Below, piece after piece: positions 33,064 through 43,300 of a stretch of DNA of 64,000 bases. The stretch lies in NCBI GenBank assembly GCA_964507995.1, contig CAZDTD010000001.1, forward strand, positions 1,348 to 65,347, read 5' to 3'. Numbering within the stretch: the stretch's first letter is position 1; each line of letters starts with the position of its first letter. The notes under the pieces were generated by a model, which was not told the origin of the DNA, made no database searches, and saw only the letters and a list, made by a program, of their open reading frames with translations. The DNA comes from an uncultured Pirellulales bacterium. Its GTDB lineage: Bacteria; Planctomycetota; Phycisphaerae; Sedimentisphaerales; Anaerobacaceae. The translations under genes were made by a program, and so were the position numbers.

Positions 33064-35670
33064 CTAACGCTGGGAAAGCCAGATCCCTTCGGCGCCTGGC
33101 GCCGGCGCCGGCCACTGGCCCAGCTCTCGTACCCAGTGTCTCCACAACTCCTGACGGACCCGGTTCGCCTCCTGCAATTCCTCGTCGGTGATGATTTCGC
33201 CCCGGAGGTCCTCGTCGTTCATCCTGCTGGCGACTCTGTAGGCATCGTTGTAGGCATTCAGTTGCGGCGGGGTGCCTCGGAAGGACCGGGGGAACGTGTT
33301 GACGTCACGTATGAGATCGCAGAGCACTCGCAGGCGGACCGTGTAGTAGAGTCGCTTCAGCGAGTTCTCGATACTGTCGAGGGCCATTTTGTCGCCTCGG
33401 TCCAGGGCCTGTTCGAGTTCGGCGCCGATCGCTTTGAGCTCCTCGGCATCGCTTCCGGTCAGAGTACGTTGGAGCACGTGGAAGAACCGTCGGAGTCGGG
33501 GTCCCACCTGGAGATCCTCCAAGTGGTGGACCGCACCAGTCAGCCTCAGAATATCACGATAGCAGCGCGACTGGCATTCCCGATCGTCTTCTTTCGTTCG
33601 TTCGAGGTTCCTCTCGATTTGAGCGATGACCTCCTGCTCGCGGATCTGCTGGAGTCTCTCGGTTACGGTTGGCGTCGGAGACTCCGCGTCGATTCGCTCG
33701 ACGGCCTGCAGCAACAAACGCCTGCGTGCGAACTCCCGGGTCATCTCCTCGGCTGGGGGATCGTTCAACGCCCCCATGAATTCGGCCTCGTATTTGCCGC
33801 CCACGGATCGCACGCTGGCCTGAACCGTGATCTGTCGGTTCCGATCTCGCTGAAGCGTCACTTCCACGAGCGAACCGGCAGGCAAATCGTTAGAGAGTTC
33901 GGTTCCCAGAATTCTCAGCTCGCCCACCTTCAGGTTGGCATCGCCATGAGGATCGACGGCGCCGAAGAAATGCTCGAGACCTTCCAACACCGGGATCACA
34001 AGCACATCCTCGTCATGGCCGCGCCTGAGGCGACTGACCGTGACGTATTCCCCTGTCTTCTCGGCGGGCAACCGGACTCCCTGTTGCAGCAGAATCTCCG
34101 TCCCATTGTCGTGCAAGCCCACCATCAGGTGCGACGGCAGTACGTCATCGGCGCTGGCGTAGGGGTGCCATATCCGCGGCTCATCGCATGTCACGACTGC
34201 ATGACCGCCCGCGTCGAGGATCCGTGTCTCGAACTCAGACAGCGTGGGACCGGAGGCCTGAATCAGACTCACGTCCGCCTCGAAGAGCCCGGTCTCATCG
34301 ATCGGCACCAATCCGCTCGACCACAAACCGTCCTTCCTCTTGATCTCCACCATCCAGCCATTCCAGGGTTGGCCGTCGCCTTGGATTCGTCCCATCACGG
34401 GGCAGATCGGCACATTGGAGAACGACGCGTACTTGAGGTCGACGCCCAGCTCTGATGGAAGCGGGGGTTTCTTGGGGGTTGGCAACTTGTCGGAAGGGAT
34501 CTCCACCGTGGCAGCGAAGATGGCAGCTCCCTGCGCCACCGCCGTCATGGGGTCAATGCGCGATTCGAGCGGGATTCCGAGGCGGTCGCGCAGAACCTGC
34601 TGGACGTAGGGCGTCTTGCTCGGTCCCCCAATCAGGATGATCCGCTGCACATCCGAGGGCCTGAGCCGGTTCTTGTCCAGGAGGTTTCTGCAGGTGATGA
34701 CGGCCCGCTCCACATCGGACGCGATGAGACGCTCATACGCGCTCCGCTCGATCGGAAACTCAACCTTCACCAACTGCTTCGCGGAATCTTCGAAGGGCTG
34801 GGGACACCTGATCACGGTCCGCTCTTTCTCGGATAGTTCGATCTTGCCCCTCTCGACCGCAAGGCTCAGCATTCCCCAAGCGGATCGCCTCATTTCCTGC
34901 GGGAGGTCCTCCAGGCTGTACTGCTCGCGCAGCGGACGGTAGTCCGGGTCCAGTTTGCGGTGAGTCTCCATTTTGATGTTGTACTGCGGGTCCACCTTGC
35001 GCGGCCCGAGGACGAAGTCGAGCAACTCCCGGTCGAACTTCCGGCCGCCCAGAAGGACATCCCCCGCGTTGCCTTCCGGCAGGGGGGTGCAGCGACCGTT
35101 TCTGATGACCATCAGGGAGATGTCGAGCGTGCCGCCACCGAGATCGAAAACCATCCACTTGACATTCTTGTCTTCCGCCGTGAAACCATAGGCCAGCGCC
35201 GCTGCGACAGGCTCCATCAGAGTCTGCGCAAACGTCAACCCGGCGCATTCCGCGGCCTTGAGGGTTGCCGCACATGCGGGCTGCTCCCACTTGGCCGGGA
35301 CCGTGACTACAGCCGCACCATAGTCGGGATTGCCATCGTCCCGGTAGGCACGCATCAACTCATTGATGACGATCCCTCCCAGCTCCGGGACCGCAAGCAC
35401 CTTGCCTCCCGGGAACTCATATCGATCGTCATGACCCAGGCGGATCTTGTACCCGGTGTAGCCGATGCCGCCGTCGGGCTCCATTAGCATCGCCTGTATG
35501 GCAGCGTGACCAATGAGCAGTCGGCCGCGGTTGCTGTAGTAGACGGCCGACGGCAGTACAGGGTTGATGCCGTCGGGCTTGATCACGCGCGGGCCGTTCT
35601 TCTCCATGACCGCGATGGCGGAATTGCTGGTGCCGTGATCGATCCCGCAAGGAATGAAGGTTCTTCCCAT
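33064..35670 (-). CDS. Hsp70-family ATPase (868 aa) with inserted domain and long helical C-terminal extension
   Basis: 'GIDHGTSNSAIAV' (phosphate-1), 'DLGGGTLDISL' (phosphate-2), 'IILIGGPSKTPYVQQVL' (adenosine motif). SBD-beta-like region 'VLVIPVLEG...ANLKVGELRILG...VEVTLQRDRNRQITVQA'. RBS AAGGAG. Confidence 0.92.
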   Translation of the reverse strand: MGRTFIPCGIDHGTSNSAIAVMEKNGPRVIKPDGINPVLPSAVYYSNRGRLLIGHAAIQAMLMEPDGGIGYTGYKIRLGHDDRYEFPGGKVLAVPELGGIVINELMRAYRDDGNPDYGAAVVTVPAKWEQPACAATLKAAECAGLTFAQTLMEPVAAALAYGFTAEDKNVKWMVFDLGGGTLDISLMVIRNGRCTPLPEGNAGDVLLGGRKFDRELLDFVLGPRKVDPQYNIKMETHRKLDPDYRPLREQYSLEDLPQEMRRSAWGMLSLAVERGKIELSEKERTVIRCPQPFEDSAKQLVKVEFPIERSAYERLIASDVERAVITCRNLLDKNRLRPSDVQRIILIGGPSKTPYVQQVLRDRLGIPLESRIDPMTAVAQGAAIFAATVEIPSDKLPTPKKPPLPSELGVDLKYASFSNVPICPVMGRIQGDGQPWNGWMVEIKRKDGLWSSGLVPIDETGLFEADVSLIQASGPTLSEFETRILDAGGHAVVTCDEPRIWHPYASADDVLPSHLMVGLHDNGTEILLQQGVRLPAEKTGEYVTVSRLRRGHDEDVLVIPVLEGLEHFFGAVDPHGDANLKVGELRILGTELSNDLPAGSLVEVTLQRDRNRQITVQASVRSVGGKYEAEFMGALNDPPAEEMTREFARRRLLLQAVERIDAESPTPTVTERLQQIREQEVIAQIERNLERTKEDDRECQSRCYRDILRLTGAVHHLEDLQVGPRLRRFFHVLQRTLTGSDAEELKAIGAELEQALDRGDKMALDSIENSLKRLYYTVRLRVLCDLIRDVNTFPRSFRGTPPQLNAYNDAYRVASRMNDEDLRGEIITDEELQEANRVRQELWRHWVRELGQWPAPAPGAEGIWLSQR

Positions 35671-35713
35671 GATTGGCTCCTTAGGTTACTCGCTGTCCAT
35701 CCGGATGCGGCTT

Positions 35714-36226
35714 TCATTGAGGTTTCGCGATGGTTCCTCGCCCCTGCTGCAGCAGCCGCCGTCCCGACATGACTACTGGCGACTCGCACTGGATAATGGT
35801 TCTGTAGGCAAGACCCGGCCTGACTTCAGGCTCGCCGAAGGCCCGGAAATCGAGACGACCTTCATCATATGCCTGTCCCGTGACGTCAATGCAACGAATG
35901 TCGTTCTTCTCCAGGGTGGATTGCAGATCGTCAAGGTATCGCTTCACATTCCGTGTTTCTGCACTCTGGATTCCTTCACGTTCCATCTGTCGGATTTGAC
36001 ACCCGATCCAGAAATGATTGTTGCATAGCGCGATGGCCAACTTGTCCGGGATCGTCTTTGGCGGCTCGCCGGGCGCCGACGTCGGAGGCTTCTGGATGCA
36101 GGCGGACGCAAGCGAAAGACTGCGGACCAGAGCCTGCTTCCATTCGCTCGACTTCGGGGCACAGATGCGAAAAGGGACCGGGTAGGTCCGCTGACACACG
36201 CGGATCAGAATGTCAACCAAGCTCAT
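35714..36226 (-). CDS. GrpE-like nucleotide-exchange-factor candidate (170 aa)
   Basis: Located 43 nt upstream of the Hsp70 start on the same strand. The C-terminal 'VTGQAYDEG...YRTIIQCESPVVMSGRRLLQQGRGTI' resembles the GrpE beta-domain pattern 'G..FDP..H.A......V..V...GY....R.LR.A.V.V'. RBS GAGGGA. Confidence 0.5.
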   Translation of the reverse strand: MSLVDILIRVCQRTYPVPFRICAPKSSEWKQALVRSLSLASACIQKPPTSAPGEPPKTIPDKLAIALCNNHFWIGCQIRQMEREGIQSAETRNVKRYLDDLQSTLEKNDIRCIDVTGQAYDEGRLDFRAFGEPEVRPGLAYRTIIQCESPVVMSGRRLLQQGRGTIAKPQ

Positions 36227-36256
36227 CGATAGATTCCCTCAAGAAGGCCAAGACGC

Positions 36257-38932
36257 TTATGTCTTCATGAAACGCAGGAGGACTTCTATGTGATTCCCAG
36301 GCGAGGCGACCAGCATCTCCAGACACCGGTTGAACTCGTCTTGCGACAGGTTCTTCTGCAACAAGGCCAGCAGATTCTTCTCGGATGGCGTCAGGGAGTC
36401 AAGCAAGCGTTGGGTCTCCGGATTGACGCGTCCAGGGGGTGGTTGCAGGCCGTCGTTGTAACCGCTGGTCTTGCTGTTCCTGTAGACAGGGAACCGGTTT
36501 TTGTGCGATTCCGGCTTTACGACATTGTCGAGCTGGCGCCACAGTTGTGCGATCTCGTCGTCAAGTTTCACGATCTGGGACTGAGCCGTGTTTTTGAGTT
36601 GCTCGATGCCCGCCTCCAGGTCCGCTGTCATCTTGTCGATCTTCACTTTGTGGCTGCCCAGACGCCGGAGCGGCCCCGCCACAGCCTGCCTGTACGTGTT
36701 CTCGATCTTCTGTCGATTCTCATTCATCTGTGCCTCAGCAACGTGAACCTCCGCGTCCCGCTGCGCCTGGACCTCGCCCAACATTTCCCCGGCGACACCC
36801 AGGCGACGTCCCGCGACTCTCCTGCTTGCGAAGAAGCCGCCCCCCAATCCCAGCAGCGCTGCGAGCAAGACCACGAACACAGGTAAAGGCGTCAACACCG
36901 TCAGGACAGCTCCCACGAGCGCCAGAGACGCAGAGCCGATGCTCATGTACGGCAAGCAAACGAGGAAGAACCCCTTCCATCCGGTCACCCGAGAATGCAC
37001 CGATGTACATACCTGCCAGTATTCATCGAGCTGTGGCGCGAACTGCTGTTCGATTTGTCTGATCCTTGCGTCATACCGAGCCTTGAGATCAGCAAGCGAT
37101 GCGTCGTGCACGTCCTGCTGGTTCTTGATGAGTTTGCGGTCCTCCTCTGCCTGTTTCGCTACCGAAGCATCCAGCCTGCGGACTTGGCTCTCGCAAACGC
37201 TTCGCATTTGTTGCATCTTCTCGTCACGGTCCCGTCGTACCTGCTTCTGTTGTTCGCGTTTCCCGTCCACCGTTTGCTGTACCTGGCAGTGTTTGTCCGT
37301 GCCGCCGATGCGTTTGCCGGCGACGTCCGCATCCTGAATCTGTCCGTCGTGCCTAGCTTTGGCGACCCGGGAACGCGGCACCAGGACATAGCACGATTCA
37401 TATCGGACGACAAGAACCGTTTCGCAGACGATCTTATGGACCGGAATCAGGATGGACGATTCCGGGTCGGCGGGCTCTCCGTCGAGGAACCAGCATTGAC
37501 CGAGGTCAAGGTCCACCGGCACATTGATTGACCCGTACAGAGACCGCACGTCGCTCTGTACCGATTGCAGAACGGTGCGCCGCGTCGCAGGGGACAGAGG
37601 CAGTCGAGACATCCGCTTGCCAGTAAGTATGGAATAATAGAGCGCGGGTTCTCTCTCTTGGGCATAGTCAATCCGGCTGCGCGTCGCGTCCAGGATGGCC
37701 CCACAGAGGGCATCGAAGCCAGCTAGACGCAGAAGATCGTCGCGCACGTTCAATCGACCGCCCAAGAGACGGTACAACGATTCCGCTTCGCAGATCAGAG
37801 GATCATAGAAATCGGCGAAGTCTCTCCACGTGGTCTTCCCGGTGGTAGAGAACCGCTTGGGCTGTCGGACGGGTACTGTCGCGCCGCTCGCGGAGAATCC
37901 GCAGTACGCACAGGTCGTTGTGTCCCAGGCAAAGGAGTATCCGCATCTCGGACACGCGTAGTCCCCCGCCCCTTCCGGCGGGGACGCGCGGAGAGCAGGA
38001 TCCATTTCGAAGTACTCCTGTCCCTCAGGGTTCTTCGCTCGCTGCACAAGCGGCTCAAGCTGATACTGCGTCAAGCCCTGCACGATCACGGTGAGACGAT
38101 TGTCGATGATTGGCTGGGCCAGACCATAGCTCGTGATGAGCCCTTGATGCTCACGATAGATGTCCTGCCGGCCGGTCCTTGCATATGTCGTGGCAAACAG
38201 GGAATTGAATCCCAGAACCGCATTGGCCACGCCGTACGCAAGTTGGTCGTCCACATCCTCCGGCTTGACCAATGGTGCTCGATCCGCCACCCGGCTTCGG
38301 ATATAGTCCCAGAAATCGCGAGCGGCCAACGTGTTGGCCCAACATGTCAGGCACTGCGTCCAATGCTCCTGAGGCCACTGATTCCGCTGGCCCGTGAGGA
38401 AGTCGATTTCTTCAGTCAGCGCCAGGTTGTGGTAGACAATCGCCATAGCGTGCTCGGTCAACACCGAGCTGTACCCGATGGTCCGTTGATGGATGAGCTC
38501 CTCGACGACAGCCCGATTCGTCAGGCATCCTTCCTTCTTGGCAGCAACAAGCACGGTTCCATCAACGTGCGGCCAGAAGATCTCGCAGAAGGTGCGCCAC
38601 TGCGGACCGTTCAGACGCGAGACGCAGTCCGCGACGTTCTGAATGCACAGATGTGCGTCGTAGCCCAAGCGGATTGCGATGCGGTCCACGGCCGCCGGAT
38701 TCAGCTCCTGGAGCTGACATACGCGTTGGATGGCGCGCTCCAGCGAATCATCGTCGACGTTGGCGAATGTGCCCAGAAATCGGAAGCTGTTCTGTGCATA
38801 TAGACCGCCATCGACGGCAACGCCCATGATGCTCACGCCGAACGGCTTGCTCAACAGCCGAGGAGCCTGAAGCTTGCCATCGATGATCGTACTGCCGGTC
38901 GGTTCATTCCATGGACTGGGCACGCCGCTCAT
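36257..38932 (-). CDS. 891-aa protein: possible degenerate J-like N-terminus (NPA instead of HPD), zinc ribbon, coiled coils flanking a double-TM hairpin
   Basis: - 'NSFRFLGTFANVDDDSLERAIQRVCQLQELNPAA' aligns by eye to J-domain helix I-II plus the HPD loop ('DYYEILGV....EIKKAYRKLA.KYHPD').
- Zinc ribbon 'CPRCGYSFAWDTTTCAYCG'.
- TM region 'FFLVCLPYMSIGSASLALVGAVLTVLTPLPVFVVLLAALLGLGGGFFA'.
- RBS GAAAAGAGG.
- The CDS itself is solid; the J-like call is weak. Confidence 0.8.
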   Translation of the reverse strand: MSGVPSPWNEPTGSTIIDGKLQAPRLLSKPFGVSIMGVAVDGGLYAQNSFRFLGTFANVDDDSLERAIQRVCQLQELNPAAVDRIAIRLGYDAHLCIQNVADCVSRLNGPQWRTFCEIFWPHVDGTVLVAAKKEGCLTNRAVVEELIHQRTIGYSSVLTEHAMAIVYHNLALTEEIDFLTGQRNQWPQEHWTQCLTCWANTLAARDFWDYIRSRVADRAPLVKPEDVDDQLAYGVANAVLGFNSLFATTYARTGRQDIYREHQGLITSYGLAQPIIDNRLTVIVQGLTQYQLEPLVQRAKNPEGQEYFEMDPALRASPPEGAGDYACPRCGYSFAWDTTTCAYCGFSASGATVPVRQPKRFSTTGKTTWRDFADFYDPLICEAESLYRLLGGRLNVRDDLLRLAGFDALCGAILDATRSRIDYAQEREPALYYSILTGKRMSRLPLSPATRRTVLQSVQSDVRSLYGSINVPVDLDLGQCWFLDGEPADPESSILIPVHKIVCETVLVVRYESCYVLVPRSRVAKARHDGQIQDADVAGKRIGGTDKHCQVQQTVDGKREQQKQVRRDRDEKMQQMRSVCESQVRRLDASVAKQAEEDRKLIKNQQDVHDASLADLKARYDARIRQIEQQFAPQLDEYWQVCTSVHSRVTGWKGFFLVCLPYMSIGSASLALVGAVLTVLTPLPVFVVLLAALLGLGGGFFASRRVAGRRLGVAGEMLGEVQAQRDAEVHVAEAQMNENRQKIENTYRQAVAGPLRRLGSHKVKIDKMTADLEAGIEQLKNTAQSQIVKLDDEIAQLWRQLDNVVKPESHKNRFPVYRNSKTSGYNDGLQPPPGRVNPETQRLLDSLTPSEKNLLALLQKNLSQDEFNRCLEMLVASPGNHIEVLLRFMKT

Positions 38933-38969
38933 AACAGAAGACCTCTTTTCCCCCGAGGGGCCCCCCCGA

Positions 38970-39320
38970 TTACTTTGAGTGCGTACGCTTCTCCATCTGC
39001 CGCACTTTCTTGCAGTTCTCCCATGCCGCTAGTTGCTCGTCGTATGGAGCAACAGTTCCTTGCATGTGGATGCCGATCTTGCGGGCGACCTGCTGCGCCT
39101 TGTAGAACACTCCCTTGGCCTGGCTGTTCTCAATGTCCATGAAGGCCAGGATGAAACTCTTGTTGGGATCGAGCGTCTTGAGGAACTTGATGAAGGCTCC
39201 GGCCGGTGCGTCCAATCCGTTCTCCGGACTTGCCGACCCGTCGTAGAGCGCTACCTGATGGGCCTCACAGAGGACGGATTCCTGCCTTAGATCCACGGGA
39301 ACGTGCGGTTCCACTTTCAT
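38970..39320 (-). CDS. Hypothetical protein (116 aa)
   Basis: ATG preceded by GAGAAGG. Located 37 nt upstream of the 891-aa gene. No recognisable motif. Confidence 0.6.
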   Translation of the reverse strand: MKVEPHVPVDLRQESVLCEAHQVALYDGSASPENGLDAPAGAFIKFLKTLDPNKSFILAFMDIENSQAKGVFYKAQQVARKIGIHMQGTVAPYDEQLAAWENCKKVRQMEKRTHSK

Positions 39321-39785
39321 CGTGCAGCCTTCTCAAAGGATTCACCACCGTGTTCTTCCACAAGAGCGTCGCTTGACGCGAGCGTGCCGCTGGTATCGCT
39401 GCCTCGAACTCCCGAGTCCGGCCGTTCAGAGCTCTGACCCATTTACGGCCCCACGCACTCCCGTGGACTGATGCTATTATTGCGACCTCGGCACGCGAAG
39501 TCAAGGATCGAGCGAGACACGTAACTGTCCCAACGATTGTGAAGTTCTCCTTCGGGCACATTCCGTGGCAACTCTCGTACAGACCGAACCACAACCCCTT
39601 GTGTCGAAGACACTCGTCCACATTTCGTGGGACAGTCACGTGAGACATCCAGGACCGCCCGGTATAAGCTGGCGGCCGCCAAATCCGATTCAAGGTCACA
39701 GCACTCTCCATTCGACGAACCGACGGACGCCATGGTCTGTCTGCACCAGGGTTGGTGCTCTGCACAGGCCGTGGAGAACGGGCCA

Positions 39786-40085
39786 CTACGCCGCCGTACG
39801 CTTGCTGCTCGGGAGCGTGATCTCGGGCGTCTGCTCCTCGCCGTGGCTCGCAGGAATCGCATGGGGCGCCTTGGCGGACATGATGGCCAATGCCACAATG
39901 ACAGACAAATCGATGAGCAGTCCGATCCCGAAGGCTGCTTCTACATCACCGCCATTGGCCTCAATGGCCAACCCCAGCAGGAAGGCGCAGACGAAGCCAA
40001 TCACCATCGGCGTCAAAGCCCAGCCCTTCCAACCCCGTTTCCACGCCTTGCAGGTCAGGCCAATCTCAATCAATAGAGTGATCAT
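39786..40085 (-). CDS. Small membrane protein (99 aa, 2-3 TM helices)
   Basis: ATG preceded by GAAAGGAAGG. Hydrophobic segments 'WALTPMVIGFVCAFLLGLAI' and 'FGIGLLIDLSVIVALAIM'. Confidence 0.65.
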   Translation of the reverse strand: MITLLIEIGLTCKAWKRGWKGWALTPMVIGFVCAFLLGLAIEANGGDVEAAFGIGLLIDLSVIVALAIMSAKAPHAIPASHGEEQTPEITLPSSKRTAA

Positions 40086-40390
40086 AATCGTACCTTCCTT
40101 TCTTTCCTGTGCTGTTTGCCAACGACAATGTGCGTTGACGATTCTGAGACGCGATTCACGACTTCTTCGTATCGAACCACGTGTCCAACATCGGTCTCTC
40201 TATGGTCCTTACCGGACCAGCGCGCACTTATCGCGGCTGGAAACGACTCTCGGCGTGAAATTGTGTGCGCATCGCGCCAAACAGACCGGCACGGGCCTGA
40301 TGCCACGGCCGGAGAAGGCGACGATCGTGATGTGATTGGCGGCGTGCCGCACCGAGCGAGGGCGCGAACCCGCACCCTCGGGGGTATGGT

Positions 40391-43300
40391 TTACTGGAGG
40401 ACAATCTCATTCTTGCAGATGCGCAACAACCCTCCTTTCGGTTCCGGAACAGGCACGTAGATCCAGCGGTCGTCCGCGACCGCCTGGGAGACGTCACGGC
40501 ACTTGAAGCGAGAGGCAACAGCCCGCGTCCTGCCATCGCGCAAACGGATCGCCTCCACAGGTCGACCGCCTTCGGAGGCTACCAACTTCCACTGCTCGAT
40601 TCCATCGTCGACGACCATCTCGGGGCCGATCCGTTCACGAGGTTGCTCATAAGGCTGCCATGTCCACGTCGACGGCGCCCCCTGTCCGCGGATACCGGTG
40701 AACGCACCGATTCCCCACACGAGCACCGGCCCTTTGGGGAACTTGGTGATACGCTCCAGGTCGAACATCTCCTGCGAGGCGGTCCCGTGACTCGCGTAGC
40801 AGTAGAGTCCGCGGATCGGGACCTGCTGCTTGTTCCAGTCCACCGTCTGTTCCACGACACCGATGGGCGTAGCAGTCAGCAACACCGATCCATCCAACAC
40901 CGCATCGCGGACATCGTCGAAGCTGAAACGCCCATTCCGAAACAGATTCGATTTGGTTCCGCCACCTTTCGCGCCCAAGGTAACGAGCTGGCCCCCGGCG
41001 GTCGCCCGCACCTGGAGCCCGCGCTGGGGGTACTCGTACCACTTCATAACCGGGTCGATTTGACGGCAGTAGGCCTTCTCAAATGCTCCATCGTCGCGGC
41101 CGTGCTTCCACGAGTTGTCTTCCCACACATACACCTCGGCATCCGCTGTCTTGCACAGTATCCGCGAAGGCTTGTCGCGATCGCGGATCACCTCATGAAC
41201 CGCCGGCAGAGCGGGCCTCGGGGTTGGCCCCACGGCGAGAATCGTCTGCGCGAAGAACTTGATCGGGCGAAACTCCCGGTACGAGTATAGACAAACGCCG
41301 CCGTCGGTGGCCATCCAGAACCGATCCCCCTCGACGAGGAATTCATGCACGTCATCGAATACGAACCGTCCGTTCTGGAACAACGGATATGCCGACTGGT
41401 CGGTCAGATCCAAAGGTGCGACGTTCAACTGGGGCTCTCCCTTGTCCATCATGCGCCAATGGAACAGGTCGTTGTCCACGAGCACCATCGCTCGATCCAT
41501 GGGACTGTCTTTCTTGTCCCACAATGACCACGTGTCCTTGGCAGGATCGAAGACATAGCAGCACCCATTGCGCGCCTGTGCGTAGAGCCTGTCTTCACGG
41601 CGGTCGACGTACAGCGAAGTGACGTCCAGCAGGGGCATCAGTCCTGTCGTCGCGCCTGCAATGGCGTAGATGTCGACGTCCAGTCGCATGTCGTGCGCCG
41701 CGCCGCCGCCGGTCGCGTCCGCTAAGGAGAACCGGGTTATGCCGCCGGCCGTCCCAATGTACAACTGATCGTGGAAGAAGGCCATGGTGCGCCGTGGCTC
41801 TCGGATCGCCGCGTGATTCACCTCCAAGAACATCCATGTGCCATTCGTCAGATAGGGGTAATTGACCGGGACATGCACGCGCTCCCGGCGAGGCCGCAAC
41901 CTCACAGGCTTGAGCGAGTCCTTTTCCCACGACCATATCGGGTCTTCGGCAACCGCACACGCCGAGAGGAAGCCCCTGTTGTCCGCAGGAACCTGTCGCC
42001 ACTGGCCGCCGGCGCTCTTGACGTCACAACACAACACGGTGTTGTCACTCGCCCGGCGCGCGTAGATCAGGCGGTCACCGTCTCCCGCCCGAACGAAACC
42101 TATGCCTTGCGCAGGCGCAATGCCGGTCAGTTCGCCGGCGGGCAGCGTCTGTTCGCTTCGGATATCGAACTTCGTCGGATCGATGCGATTGGGGTCGTCC
42201 CAGGCGAACACGGCAACCCCCCCGCGCGTTCCCACCCACAGCGTGCCGTCCGCCAGCGAGGCGGACAGTGGCACATCGTGAGCGAATCGGCAGACGGATT
42301 GAACTGCATCCCGCGTGTTTTCCAGGTCGATCAGGCGGACGATCTGGCGGCGCCAGCGCATGTCGAACGGATTGGTGCCGGCTGTCGACCACCCGCGTGC
42401 GGTCACCTGCCAGGCATCGGGATCATCACTGATGACGTTCCGAGTGTACTCGAATGTGGACCGTCCGGTTTCATCCGTCAGCTCCCACTTGCCGAAGGAA
42501 CGCCCGCCGTCGAAGCCCTTGAGCTGGTATAACCGTTCCGGCCCGTTCACGGCAAAATTGACGCGATTCCTTCTGGCGTAGGCAACTGTCGAGACGCGGG
42601 CCGGTTCCAGCCCGTCGGACACGGCGTCGCAATACAAGTAGCGGAATGCCCCTGTTACGTTGTCGGTGCTCCCCTCGACGGAACGCACATCGTATGCGGC
42701 CACTCCTCCATCGGTGCCGATCAGCGTCAGGTCGTTCGCGTCGCCCGCATATGGGCACACGGACCTGAGGATATCGAAGGTGAATAGCCCTTTCTTACCG
42801 TCGAACTCCACGCGTTTGTAGCGGTCCGCAGGCTCGCCGATCCGGACGCGAACATCAAGCTGGCCGGAGGCTCGTCGCACCTCAAATAGAGGTCCTTTGG
42901 CCACCTGGGTCGCCAGGGTTCTCTCCACTTCGGGCCTCTGAGTCGATGGAATCGACCGCCAGGTCGTGTCGAAATAGTAGAGTTCGCTCGACGTCTTCAG
43001 CAGGAGCTTCGGGGTGTCGTCATAGGTCAGATGAGAGAGAGTCGCGCCGCTCCCGACCCCGGTGATCTTCTCAGGCTTTCCGATCTGTCGCAGATCGGGT
43101 CCGACGCGCGGCAGCAGGCCTTTCTCGGTGATCAGCCACGGCATGTCGGCATACCCGGCATCATAGACGGTGTCGAAGTCGAACCGGCCCCCTTTGACCT
43201 CCGCAGGCAGGATATGCGGGCCGGACCAAGGACTCCCCTGTCCCGGCCGCAACTGGACTTGCAGTTGTACGCCGTCGCCATCCAACTGCCAAGGGGACTG

